From the NCBI GenBank assembly GCA_951406725.2, contig OX597816.1:178994001-179058000 (forward strand): a stretch of DNA of 64,000 nt, written 5' to 3'. Shown one piece after another: positions 25,401 to 37,832 of the stretch (positions are counted from its first letter, which is position 1; each line of letters opens with the position of its first letter). The notes under the pieces are model-generated. The model saw only the letters and a program-made list of their open reading frames with translations. It was not told the origin of the DNA and did no database searches. The position numbers and the translations under genes are program-made. The DNA comes from Octopus vulgaris (Eukaryota).

Positions 25401-28400
25401 TATCTTCCCATATCCCAAAGGAGCTTCTGTGAACGGACTTTTGCAGATTGTATTTGCACAACAGATGTAATGATGTCTTGAAGTTTAGATTTTAACAGCA
25501 AAAAAACATACAATCACACTCACTTCTCAAAATCTTATTTGTAAATGACGCAGGTGGGACTGTGTGGTAAGAAGCTTGCTTTTTAATCACGTGGTTCTGG
25601 GTTCAATCCCACTGCATGACACTTTGGGAAAGTGTTTTCTGTTATAGCATCAGGCCAACCAGAGCCATGTGAGTAGATTTGGTAGATGGAACCTGAAAGA
25701 ATCCCATTGTATATGTGTGTGTGTGTGTCTATGCTTGTCCCCTACCACCACTTGACAACCAGGGTTGGCGTGTTTACATCTCCGTAACTTGGTTTGGCAA
25801 AAGAAATTGGTAGCATAAGTATCTGGCTTAAAAGAAAGGTATGTACTGGCATGTATTGGATGGTTTGACTGGAGATGGCAGCTGGAGAGCTGTATCAAGT
25901 TCCAATCTGATTTGGCCTGGTTTCCCTAATCCCTGGTCTCCTAATGCCAATCACTTTACAGTGTGTGCTGGGTGCTTTTCACATGATACTGACATGAGTG
26001 CTTATTATGTGGAACTGGCACGAGACTCTTGCAGGTCAATCCTCCTCACTATGGGTAGCAGCCTTAACACTTCTGCTGTACAGGACAGGTCTTCTTGAGT
26101 GTCTGCTGTGTAGGACAGGTCTGCTTCATTAATTCAAACCAATGGTAATAAATGAATATTCTATTGATATTTGATAGAGCAATCTGAACACTAAAGAGCT
26201 AACCCTTAGTTGTTTATCATAAACTATGCACGTAAAAAGGACCATCCGTTTGTGGCCGTTGCCAGCCTCGCCTGGTCCCCATGCCGTGGCACATAAAAAA
26301 CACCATCCGATCGTGGCCGTTGCCAGCCTCGCCTGGCCCCCGTTCCAGCGGCACGTAAAAAGCACCATCCGTTCGTGGCCGTCTGCCAGCTCCGTCTGGC
26401 TTCACAGACCCCAGTTGAACTGTCCAACCCATGCTAGCATGGAAAGCAGACGCTAAATGATGATGATGATGATGATGCTACATAATTCTAAGTAAATCAT
26501 AAGTTCTGAAATAATGTTTTCTTATTCCTCTTTTGTTGTAGGTGAGATTATGGTGAAATTTAAAGGGCCTCACAGTTTCCTGTATAATGTGAAAACTAGA
26601 CAAACACCAACTGTTGTACATGGAAACGGACCAGTGAAGGTAAAGTATGAAGGAGAATGTTGTTAATTCTTATTGTATGGTGGAGACAGTGATGGCATTT
26701 GTTGTCGTTTGGCCCCAGGTCAGCCTTGTCAAACAACAGCTTTCCAACCATGTTCTTTTTGTATATCATGAACTATATTGTGTAATGAATCTTCATTTTT
26801 AAGACAGTAGGTTGTAATTTGAGGGAGATTTGGCTACTATTTCCAGCAGTCAAGCAACCATGTTGAGGCTCTGTAGTGTGTGGTAGTTGCGTACATGTTT
26901 GTGGTGTCTAGAGTTATTGTTTTAGTTCCAGGTCATCTTTGACTGAGTAGATTTATGATCAAAACCTTTCCAACTTTGGCCATCCCATCCTTTTTCTGTG
27001 ACCTCAACTGAAACCCAGGTCCACATTATCCAACATGAACTTTTTTTTTTTAAAGATGGTAGAGTAAGGTTTGGTTGCTATTTCTAGCAGGTTGAATGAC
27101 ACTGTAGAGGTTTGTTCATTGACTCCTAATGTCAATAGTGAGTATGTGGTGACAGTGGTAGAGGTTGTGCTTGTTTTATATGTATTGGTGATTCAGTGGT
27201 TAGTGTTGGGATCACAACATGAGGTTTTGAGTTCGATTCCCAGACCGGGTTGTGTGTTGTGTTCTTGAGGCAAAACACTTTATTTCATGTTGCTCCAGTT
27301 CACACAACTATAGAAATGAGTTGCAACGTCACTGATCTTAAGCCGTATTGACCTTTTCCTTTCCCTTGGATAGCATCAGTGGTGTGGAGAGGGGAGGCTG
27401 GTATGCATGGGCGACTGCTGGTCTTCCATAAACAAACTTGCTTGGACTTGTGCCTTGGAGTGTACCTTTCTAGGTGCAGTCCTATGGTCAGTCATGATTG
27501 AAGGTGGGGGGTCTTTTTTTTTTACAGTGGTATTTAGAATATAAGGTGTGCTGAAAAATTCCTGGCTTTAAGGGTATTATGAAAGGCCTGGTTGGAGGCT
27601 CAGCCTTCCGAGTTCCTTTACAGGGTTTAGAAAAACTGAAGGACTGCTGCAGTAAGTGTGTGAACCTGAGAGCGGAATATGTTGAGTAAAATCATAATTA
27701 ACTGATCCTCCTGTATTTTCTTTTACCCCAAGCCAGGAACTTCTCAGCCTGATCCCTTTGTATGTGACAGTGGTGATGATTATAATATAGTGGTGCTGGT
27801 ATCTGTAATGTGGTAATGATGTTTGTACTGTATTTGTTGTGATGTATGGAGAGCAGTAATGGTGTCTATAATATATGGTGAACAAAGGCAGCGTGTTGGC
27901 AGAATCATTAGCACACTGGGCAGAATGCTTAGCAGCATTTTGTCTGTCTTTATGTTGAGTTCAAATGCTGCTGTGGCCAACTTTGCCTTTCATCCTATCA
28001 GGTTCAATAAAGTAAGTAGCGGTTGAAATTTGGTGGGGTCAATGTAATCAACTTACACCTGCCCCAGAAATTGCTGGCCTTGGGCCAAAATCTGAAACCA
28101 ATATATGTGGAAGAGGTATATAGTGTGTGTGTGTGTAATGCTAATATTGTGTATGTGTACTGCATAGCATAGTATTTTGATGCTTTTCCTCTTCCTAAAT
28201 ATTTCACCAAATTGTCATCTTTTATCATTCTGGCATTTTTTTTTTTAGGAAGAATTCAGTCGACTTGCCAATTATCTTGGAGATGGTTGGACAAAAACTG
28301 GTGGTTGTCTTTCCTGTAAAGATGATGTGCTCAGCCTATCTTCTGTAAAGGTAAAAGAATCTATATTACATATGATTTGTTGCAATATGCTAAGTTGATT

Positions 28401-31400
28401 TTATATACACCAACATCTCTGTCTGTTGTCTTGACAAAAGCTCTTTCTCTCGGGTCTGTGGTCTCAACAAACAGTTTTGTCTGGGCAGCTGGGTGGGTGA
28501 TGGCGGGTGGTCTGCTATCAAATGTACATCTTTGAGTCATTGTGTTAGATTCCTAAAAGTTCTGCTGAAACTTGAGTTTTAAAATAGTGTTGGAATTATC
28601 ATTTTAATGGCATGGGCAGAAATCTTAATCTGCTGAGTAATTTCTTTTTACATTGACTTATTTGATATTTTCCATGCTTAAGCATAGTTTTGATGGGTTT
28701 AGTAAATTTCGATGTGTGTTTATAGCTGACCAACATAACACCAGGTCTAATATAGTTTGTGAGGATTCATGACTCAGACTCGAGAACAGGAATGTTTGAT
28801 CTCTTTACTCTCTATTCATCTGAGACATTGTAATAACTGTAAATGGTTTAATCCCTGAGCATTCAGATTACTCTATCAAATCTAATGCTTATTTATTCAC
28901 ATTGTTTTGTGGAGAGTACCTGCACAAGAGGTAGACCCAGGAAGATACAGGACAAAGTAGTGAGAAAGGATCTTCAGGGGCTGAACCCTACTGAGGAAAT
29001 GACAAGGAACTGGGAGATGTGTTGTTTGCTGTACTTGCAAAGACAGGAGGAATTACAACCGTGTTTCGTGGTCTGCTACCACAACAACTCCTTTATAGGA
29101 TCCACTTAGCTCAAGACATCATCAGGAGGAACCACATCCTGTTTCGGCCCCTACTCCTCTACCGTTTTGATGTGGCACCCCCCCCCCCCTTTCGGAGGTG
29201 TCTTTAGCTCTGATGTTGGGTGCATGTCTTCTTTCTTCTGTTCCCTGGCCTCTTCAATGTATCATCAGCAAGTGTCAGCCGGTTACTGACTGTCTCGTCA
29301 AATTTCTCCCTTTAAATACCTGCCGCTAGGCTCCAACAGGCAGCCCCAGCAAGTTGTCACGTGACACTGTCTCACCTTAACTGACTAGTGAAGGCGCGTA
29401 GTTTTAGCCCGCGCTTTTTCTAAACGACTGGCACCTGTCAGTCAACGAAGCTGATTCAGTGTCAGCTTGTCTCACCTAATGATGTTATTTCCCGTCGGCG
29501 TGTTTATGACTTTCAAGCCATTTTCAGTCTTCCCGCTTCAGCCATATATAGAAGCTGGCTTTTCGACCGCCTCCTGTACTCTCCTTATTAGTTTACCCAG
29601 CTCGGGGCTAGAAAATCAAATCTTCTTTTGAAAAGCGTTGTCATTTTCCTTTCAATGAAGCCTCTAGCCCCCACTGCCAGGTGATAATATTCGACATTCC
29701 ATCCCTGTTCTCTACATTCTTCGATTAGCTTTTCATACCTCTTCTCCTTTCGTTCCTCTGCATTGCTGATGTTCTCTTCCCAAGGTACTGTCAGTTCTAG
29801 TAAAATTCCCATTCTCCGGTCTCTGTTCCATAGAACTAAATCCGGTCTTTTTGTTGTTTTTATTAGTGGAAATACTACTTGTCTTTCCAAGTCTGTGGCC
29901 ACCTCCCAGTATCCCTTCCATCTTTCGTCTATCTCTTATACTTTACTTGTAGGCTTGGTTTTATAACCTTTTCCCTCCTTGTGGAAGTATACTTTCCTGC
30001 GCTTTTCTACTTTTGGGTACTCTTCCCTATTGTACCTCTCGATCTTCTCCTTGAGTGCTGCGCTTATGACACCGAGGACTTGATTATGCCGCCATGTATA
30101 TCTTTCAAGTGCTAGTCTGCAGTTTGACAGAACATGTCTAACCGTCGCTTTCTCTTCGCATCTACACTCATCGGTTGTTTTTGTGTTCCACCGGACTAAG
30201 TTCGCCGGTGAGGATAGAACGTCGAAGGTAGACTTGATCAGGAAGGATGTTCTTGCTTGTTCCCAAGCCCAAAGTTCCTTCCATGATATTCTGCAGTTGA
30301 TCACATCTCAGGCACTGTCCCTGTTGACTGCATTGCACCAAATGTACATTTCGCCTTTCTTCTTCCTCCTTTCTCATTTTGTATACCACTGCCTCTTTCA
30401 TCTCTTTTACACTGCTCTTGCAAAATGGTCTGAAATTTTGTGACCCAAGGCCGGTTCTAGCTTCTTGCGTCGCTCCGACTATATCTGTGTGCCTTAGCTT
30501 TCCGATCGCCCTGTTTACTGCCTCTTCCCTGTTCGTATCTTTGGAGAGTTTTCCCGGATATTCTGATCTTTTGAATACCTTAGCATCATTACTGTCCTTG
30601 CCTTTCCTGCCTTATATTCTTCGGCGATTGATGTTATTGGTAGTTGCAGCACGGGTTTTCCATATAGTGCAGTTGTATTCAGTGGTTTCGGCAGACCAAG
30701 CCATTTTCTGATAAACACACTGCATCTTTGTTCCACCCTTTCTACTCTACTCGAGGCTATTTCGTACATTTGCAATGGCCACATTATCCTTGGGTACAGC
30801 CCAAATTGCAGTATCCAACATTTGAATTTTCCCGGCAGCGTTGTTCTGTCAATTGCCTTTAATCCTTGTTCTACTAACTCGTGTGTTTCTTTCCTTTGCT
30901 TCTTATCATTTAATAAATCTCTATACCATCTGCCGAGACTCTTTACTGGTTGTTCTTTCACCATTGGTATGTCTTCACTTCCTATCCTGAATTTCACTTC
31001 TTCTTGCCTTCCTTTCACGAGAGCCACGCTTCGAGATTTTTTGGCTTTGAATTTCATCCTTGCCCATCCTATCAGTTCGTCCAACCGCTCTAACGTTCCC
31101 TCTGCTGCTTCTCTACTTTCCGATAATATAGTTATGTCATCCATAAAAGCCCTTAATGGTGTCTTTGTAACAGTTTTCTCACAGTTTGTAGATCTGAGTA
31201 GCATTTCCATGACTAGCACGAATAAGATGACTGATATCGTGCATCCGGCTGCAATACCTATTTCAAGCCGTTGCCACTCCGTTGTGAACTTTCCTGCTGT
31301 GAATCTCTTCCTCAGGTTGTCGTAGTACGACATGAGCATTCGTTGAACATCTTCTAGAATCCAAAAGAAGTCCATCGCTGTTTTTATTATTGCGTGCGGA

Positions 31401-34377
31401 ATAGATCCATAGGCATTGGCAAGATCTTGCCAGACAATATACAGGTTTTGCACAGGTGATGGCTTCCCAGATGGCAAATGCGTGTTCTATGCACCCAGGG
31501 ATTCTGGGGATTCCTGCTTTTTGGATTGCTTCATTAACGTATCCGTTATGCTGTACAAATCTTATGTTTCGTCATAATTTTCCTGTCTGTATTTAGTAGT
31601 GAAATTGGTCTAAATTGGCCTAGTGCTTTTGCCTCTTTTTCTTTAGGTAGATAGATACCTTCCACTATACACCATCGCTCCGCTACATCTTTCTTCTTCC
31701 TAAGTAAAACTGCTGTCTTCCACACATACAGGTTTGTCCTTTCAGATGCCATTGCCACTTAAACAGCACCTGTGCTAGTGTTGTGTAAATGCATTCATGC
31801 AGGTGGAACATAAAAAGCACCCAGCACACTCTGTTAAGTGGTTGACATTAGAAAGGGCATCCAGCTGTAGAAACTCTGCCAGATCAAGAGTGGAGCCTGG
31901 TGCAGCCATCTGGTTCGCCAGCCCTCAGTCAAAACCGTCCAACCCATGCTAGCATGGAAAGCAGACGTTAAACGATGATGATGATGATGATGCATTATCT
32001 TGTAGATTTGACATTTTGATTATGTGACTATCTTTTATTTTTTACCTGTTTTAGTCATTAAATTGTAACCATTCTAGGGCACTGCCTTGAAGCATTTTTA
32101 GTCAAATAAATCAACCCTGGGACTTTTTTTTAAGCTTGTTACTTATTCTATCTATCATTTTTGCTGAACCACTAAGTAATGGGGATGTAAACACACCAAC
32201 ACTGGTTGTTAAGCATTGAGTGTGGGACAAACACAGACACAAAGTTACACAGATAAAAGTATATTTGATGGCTTCCTTCCAGTTTCCATTTCATGAATCT
32301 ACTCACAAGGCTTTGGTTGGCCCAAAGCTATAGTAGAAGACACTTTCCTAAGGTGCCATGCAGTGGGACTGAACTCAGATCCATGGGGTTGGGAAGTAAG
32401 CTGCTTACCCGTGCCTAATTATATTGTAGGGTAGGTGTGAGAAGCAGGATCTGGCCAGTTAAAATGTTAAAAGATAAACTTATACATACAAGGTCATTCA
32501 TTCATCCATCATCTTAACATCACGGCTCATTCAAATTTAAGTCAGGTATAGATTAAATAAATCTTATCTTTTTTTTTTTTACCAGAGATAAATATTTCAG
32601 AAAAAAATTTCAAAAGTGTCTTATGATTGTTTCACAACCATTTTCCCATGCTTTGCATGGCTTGAGGTGGTTTATTTGTTGGTGGAACTGTTTTTAAAAT
32701 TGGACATTGCTGACCACTCAAAGTAAACTGAAATATATTTGTAAGATTTGAAATTACAAAATTTAAGAAACCATCATCATTGTTTTAACATCTACTTTTC
32801 TGTGTTTGCATGGATCAAGTGGAGCTTATTGGAGAAGATTTTTCTATGGCTGGATGCCTCTCCTGTTGCTAACTCTCACCTGTTTCCAAACAAGGTAATA
32901 TTTTCCCAAAGCTAGATTATCTTCCCATGGAAGACTGGAAATAGGTGTTTGTTTAGAACCTTCATGTGATGTCAACATCACATGAGTTTTCCTTTAAAGA
33001 AGGTGAAATTTATGCCAGAAATATCATGGAATGACTGTCATTGCTATGATTTCTCTAAACTTTTTCAGATTTCTGATTATCCAAAAGTAATGATTGCAGT
33101 TTTTATACATCACAATATTCCATTTGTGAGAGAATTCTTTGATAAAGTTTACAAGCAGGATTATCCATCGAAACACATTGATTTGTACATCCACAACAAA
33201 GTGAGTTACACTTTTTACTTCTCAGTTTTTTCTTTTCTTTGCTTTTTATATTTCTAATATGTCAAGTTTTTACTTTTCAGTTTTGCATTTAAAAATAGAT
33301 TTGATAAAACAATCTGTTGTTTAAAGTGTTTTATATTTTATATTGCCAATTTCAAAAAATGATAATGTCATTTATTTATAGATTTCTAATGTTCCATAGA
33401 TTCATTGCATTTATGATGGTAAGAAGTGGCAAGGGAGTGTTTGTGTAGCTCATGCAGAACAAATACCACTAGGTATTTTTGCTTACAAACACTTGATCAG
33501 TTTTATCAGTGTTATTTAAATCTTTCACCAATGTGTATGCATAAAAGATGCATACCTACCTACATACATGTATATACTTTGGGCTTCTGCATAGTTTCCA
33601 TATAACAAATTCCACTCAATCCAAGATTTTGGTTGAAGAGACTTGGCCAAAGTATCATATATTAGATTTGGAATCATGTGGTTGCAAAATCAAGCTTTCT
33701 AGCCAAACAACCATTCTAGCATCTGTACCATAGAGCCATGGTTGCATCCATGTCAAGAACTAATTACTGGACCTTTGTGCTCAACAATTTTAAATATCAT
33801 CTCTATTGTTTAAACTTTAGCTTATGTTCTGAGTTTGAACTAGAATTGTTTAATAAGCCATTCTTTTCCCTTTTCTGCTTTTATTGACTGTAATTATATT
33901 TTTTACTTTACTTTGTTAGTTTAAAGGAATTGCATTACTGTAGTCTTAGGTTGATCAGTACCAGATGGAAACTGTGTTGAAGTCTATGTAGATATTCACT
34001 CATAAATGTGTGAGATGTGTGTTGTGTCTGTTTACGAGCAAAAACTTAACAAACTCAGCAATGGGAAAAATCCAAGTCGCCTCTTTGGTACGGAATTTTT
34101 CAACATGAAACGGATTCAGAGAGGTGAGTTGGATTTTTCATATTGGGTATTGTGAGACTTGCTGAAGAGAATTAAGGCATAGCCCAGAATTTGAAATCAT
34201 GATCCAGGTATATCAATAACCTAATTCTACAGCTTAAAGCTGAGTTTGTTAAATTTTTGCTTGTTTGCCCAATTTCTGCTGGTCTGTTACGTTTTTCGGT
34301 ATGATTAGTGGCTTATTTGAGGTTTTTAACTCTTATATCTAGCAAGCTGGTGCTTTGTCTACCCACTATTATAATTA

Positions 34378-34419
<42 letters not shown>

Positions 34420-36067
34420 TATGTATATATAACTAGAATAGGGATTTGAAGAACTAAACAGAACTCATTGTAAGCTCTCCACCAAGCAAGCAGTTATTGA
34501 GAAAAACAGTGGTTAAGGCTAGAGTTTAATGTCACCATCTTTCTGAAAATCCAGGAATCACAAAAGTGGAGAGCACATATGAATTAACTAGATAAGACAA
34601 GTGAAAGAATAGATGTTTATTCCATCTGTTAATGGCTGTTTTGTAATCTGTATCTGGTTAAATTAGCGATATTACATCATCTGACACATATATAAATATA
34701 CATGTAAATATATAACACATCAGAATGAATCATGGCAAGTGACATCAAATTTCTGCAAGATTTTCTTTATATAGCTGCTAGATATAGATGCATTTGGCAG
34801 TATATAAATTGGTCAGATAATGTATATATGTATATGTATATATAAAATACATATTACATTGTTGAAAGCCCAACGCTCAAGCTTGTTTTATTATGTCAAA
34901 AACTTCTATTATTCTTTTCATTCCAAATCACGTTCATTGTTAAGGTTGTTGATACTATAAATTTCAAACACATTACAACAATGATAATATAATCCTTCTT
35001 CCCTCATGAAACTGTTTATCTTTCAAACTATGAAATAAACTTTTGTATATTATTTTCTTTGGTTTTCAAGTTGTGTTTATTGTATCTTCAAACTACTGCA
35101 AATATGAAAATTAACTCATGAACATGGAAGCTAAACAGCAATTGTGTGTGTGTAGCCATACACAACAGTCTCTTGATAGTTTAGTGAGGTTAAACTGAAA
35201 CTGCAGTTGTCTCAATGTTTATGCGGGTTTATTAAGAACTTAGTAAATATATGTCCAGGATTCATTCCATATAAGTCTGTGTGTGTGTGTGTGTGTGTAC
35301 ATACACACACACTCATACTTTATACTCTAGTGTAGTAAATATTTTCATACCAAACTTTTGGACTTAGTGTAGTCCCTGCTGTGATTGTTTGTCTTGTTTA
35401 TCTCACTATAACTGATCTTTACAGATGGAATATCACCACGAGGAAGTGAAATCATTTATTAAAGATGCTGAAGACAGCTACAATTCTTTGCATTACATAG
35501 CTCCAGAAAACAATGTTGATGAAGCAACGAGCAGGAATTGGGCTGTGTAAGTCATTGTTTTTTGTCATTCCCGTAATTTAGCAGCCATACCAGTGTGGCG
35601 TGTGTGAGACAAAGAAATACTGGAAGAGAGAAGGAATGTTTTTGAAGCTGCTTTGTTTTGCTAGAGTCTGGTAAATAGACTTTGTTCCACACTTCATTGT
35701 TATGTGGAATGCAGTGTGAGTCTGGGTATGTTTATGGGAGTGTAGCACTGCAGTTTGGCTATATTTCACAGAGTACATTCTGACAGTTGTATGAAGTGTA
35801 GTATGGTAGTGTTGGTATACTATGTCAAGTACAGTATAGTAATCCTAATATGTTGTGTGGAACAAAGGTGGCAATCTGGCAGAATTGTTAGCATGCCAGG
35901 CAAAATTTCATCTGTCTTTACATTCTAAGTTCAGATTCCACCAAGGCTGACCTTACCTTTCATCCTTTTTGGGGTCAATAAAATAAGTACCAGCTGAGCC
36001 CTGAGGTTGATGTAATTGACTTAATCCCTTCCCAGAAATTGCTGGCCTTGTGTCAAACATTTGAAAC

Positions 36068-36125
<58 letters not shown>

Positions 36126-37797
36126 GTTGTTGTTGTTGCGGTGAGATGGCAGAATTGTCAACATGATGGACGAAATGCTTAGCGGTATTTCATCTATCTT
36201 CACATTCTGAATTCAAATTCTTCTGAGACTTTTACTTCTCATCCTTTTGGGGTCAATGAAATAAGTATCTGTTGAACACTAGAGTTGATGTAACTGACCA
36301 GCCCCCCCCCCCTCCAAATTTCAGGTCTTGTGGCTATAGTAGAAAGGGTTCATGCTAGACAAAATGTGGAACTGTATTTCTTCTACAGTTCTATATTTAA
36401 GAGATGAGGATTTAGGTACATTTTTTACATTATTTGCAATTGATGGATATTTGTCCTCATCTTGTTTGTTGTTAACACAATGTTTTGGCTGATATACCCT
36501 CCAGCCTTCAACAGGTGTCTTGGGGAAATTTCGAACCTGGAAAAATACTTTAGGAATGAGAAAAGGTAGTTTTCGATGAAGGCTTGAGGGTATATCAGCC
36601 GAAACATTGTGTTAACAACAAACAAGATTAGGACAAATATCCGTCAATTGTAAATAATGTATTTCTTCTGGTTTTACTTTCTGAGTTCAAATTTTGCCTA
36701 GGTTGACTTTGCCTTTCATCATTTCGAGGTCAATAAAATGATGTAATTAACTTCCTCTTCTCCTGAAATTGTTGGCCTTGTGCTGAAATTTAAAACCAAT
36801 ATATTGTGTGGGTTACAGTTACAGTAAGCTAGGTATGTTGTGTTTGATGTTGTATGATAGTCTAGGTTTTGTTGTTATTTGATTTAATACAGCATACCTT
36901 GGTTCTCACTCTGTACCACTGTATAACATACCTTGACTGCAACGTTGTGCCATTACACACACCATATGTAAGTTTTCTTTGTATTTATTTGGAGGAGATT
37001 TGTATTTGTGTGTTTGGTGGGGGTGATTGTTATATGTAGGGACAAGGACTGTGTGGTTTGTAGTGGTTGCAAACAGCTCCTTGCATGTCCAGATAATCTT
37101 GCTGTAGTCTGTATGCAATCTAAGAGGATGCAGAAAGTATCGCTTTGTGTTCTTTGTAGTTTGATTTGTATGAAGAGATAGCACTCAGGTAAGACAAGTA
37201 TACTCTTTCATGGATCTACTACATTATTCGTGCATTAATGTTGGACAAATGTGATACCTGTGAGGATACTGTGTATGTCTGTGTGTCATTTTACTTATTT
37301 GCTGTGTCTTTACCTGTGCTGTGAATGTTGCCGAGGTGTTGCTGTGTGATTTCCCAAATTTTTGCCATCTACGTATGAGGTCTGATCAATAAGTATCCGG
37401 ACTGTTGCCATAGTAGCAAAGCTAAAGCACACAAAGTAAAGGCGCTTGGCACTGATTGACCTTGAACTCTGCTGTGCAGGCACACAAAGTTTTAATGTCC
37501 AAGCTCTCTTCTGCTGTTTACAGCGTTACTATGGTAACAGTCTGGATACTTATTGATAAGACCACGTATGCAGTATGTTTATGTTGTTGAGTGTGACAAG
37601 AAATAATATTTCATACTCTTTATCTGGCAAGAGGGGAATGTTGGTGTTGATAAGTGCTACTTTACACTTGTTGTTGTTTGGGTAGAGGTTTTTAGTTGAC
37701 AGGAGTAGTTGTGCAGCTATATCTGTGAATGGTGGTAGAGCATGATGTCATCTCTATATGAAGTTGTGTATGTTTGATTGAGATGTGTATAAAAAAT

Positions 37798-37832
<35 letters not shown>

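Larger units (their letters stand above)
28909..31991 (+). mobile_element. 5'-truncated RTE 3' fragment split by the HERO-like insertion (28909-29044 and ~31733-31991)
   Basis: [24 protein letters not shown] before the insertion; RTE 3' tail with (GAT)n after it. Confidence 0.75.

Noticed and set aside
29060-29176. Canonical type III hammerhead using CUGAUGA at 29125 with the distal GAAA at ~29067
   Set aside because: Stems II and III pair poorly in that register; the permuted reading with the proximal GAAA pairs better.
30515-31477. Functional or domesticated RT gene
   Set aside because: Adjacent domains are frameshifted and the 5' end is truncated; it is a dead retrotransposon copy.
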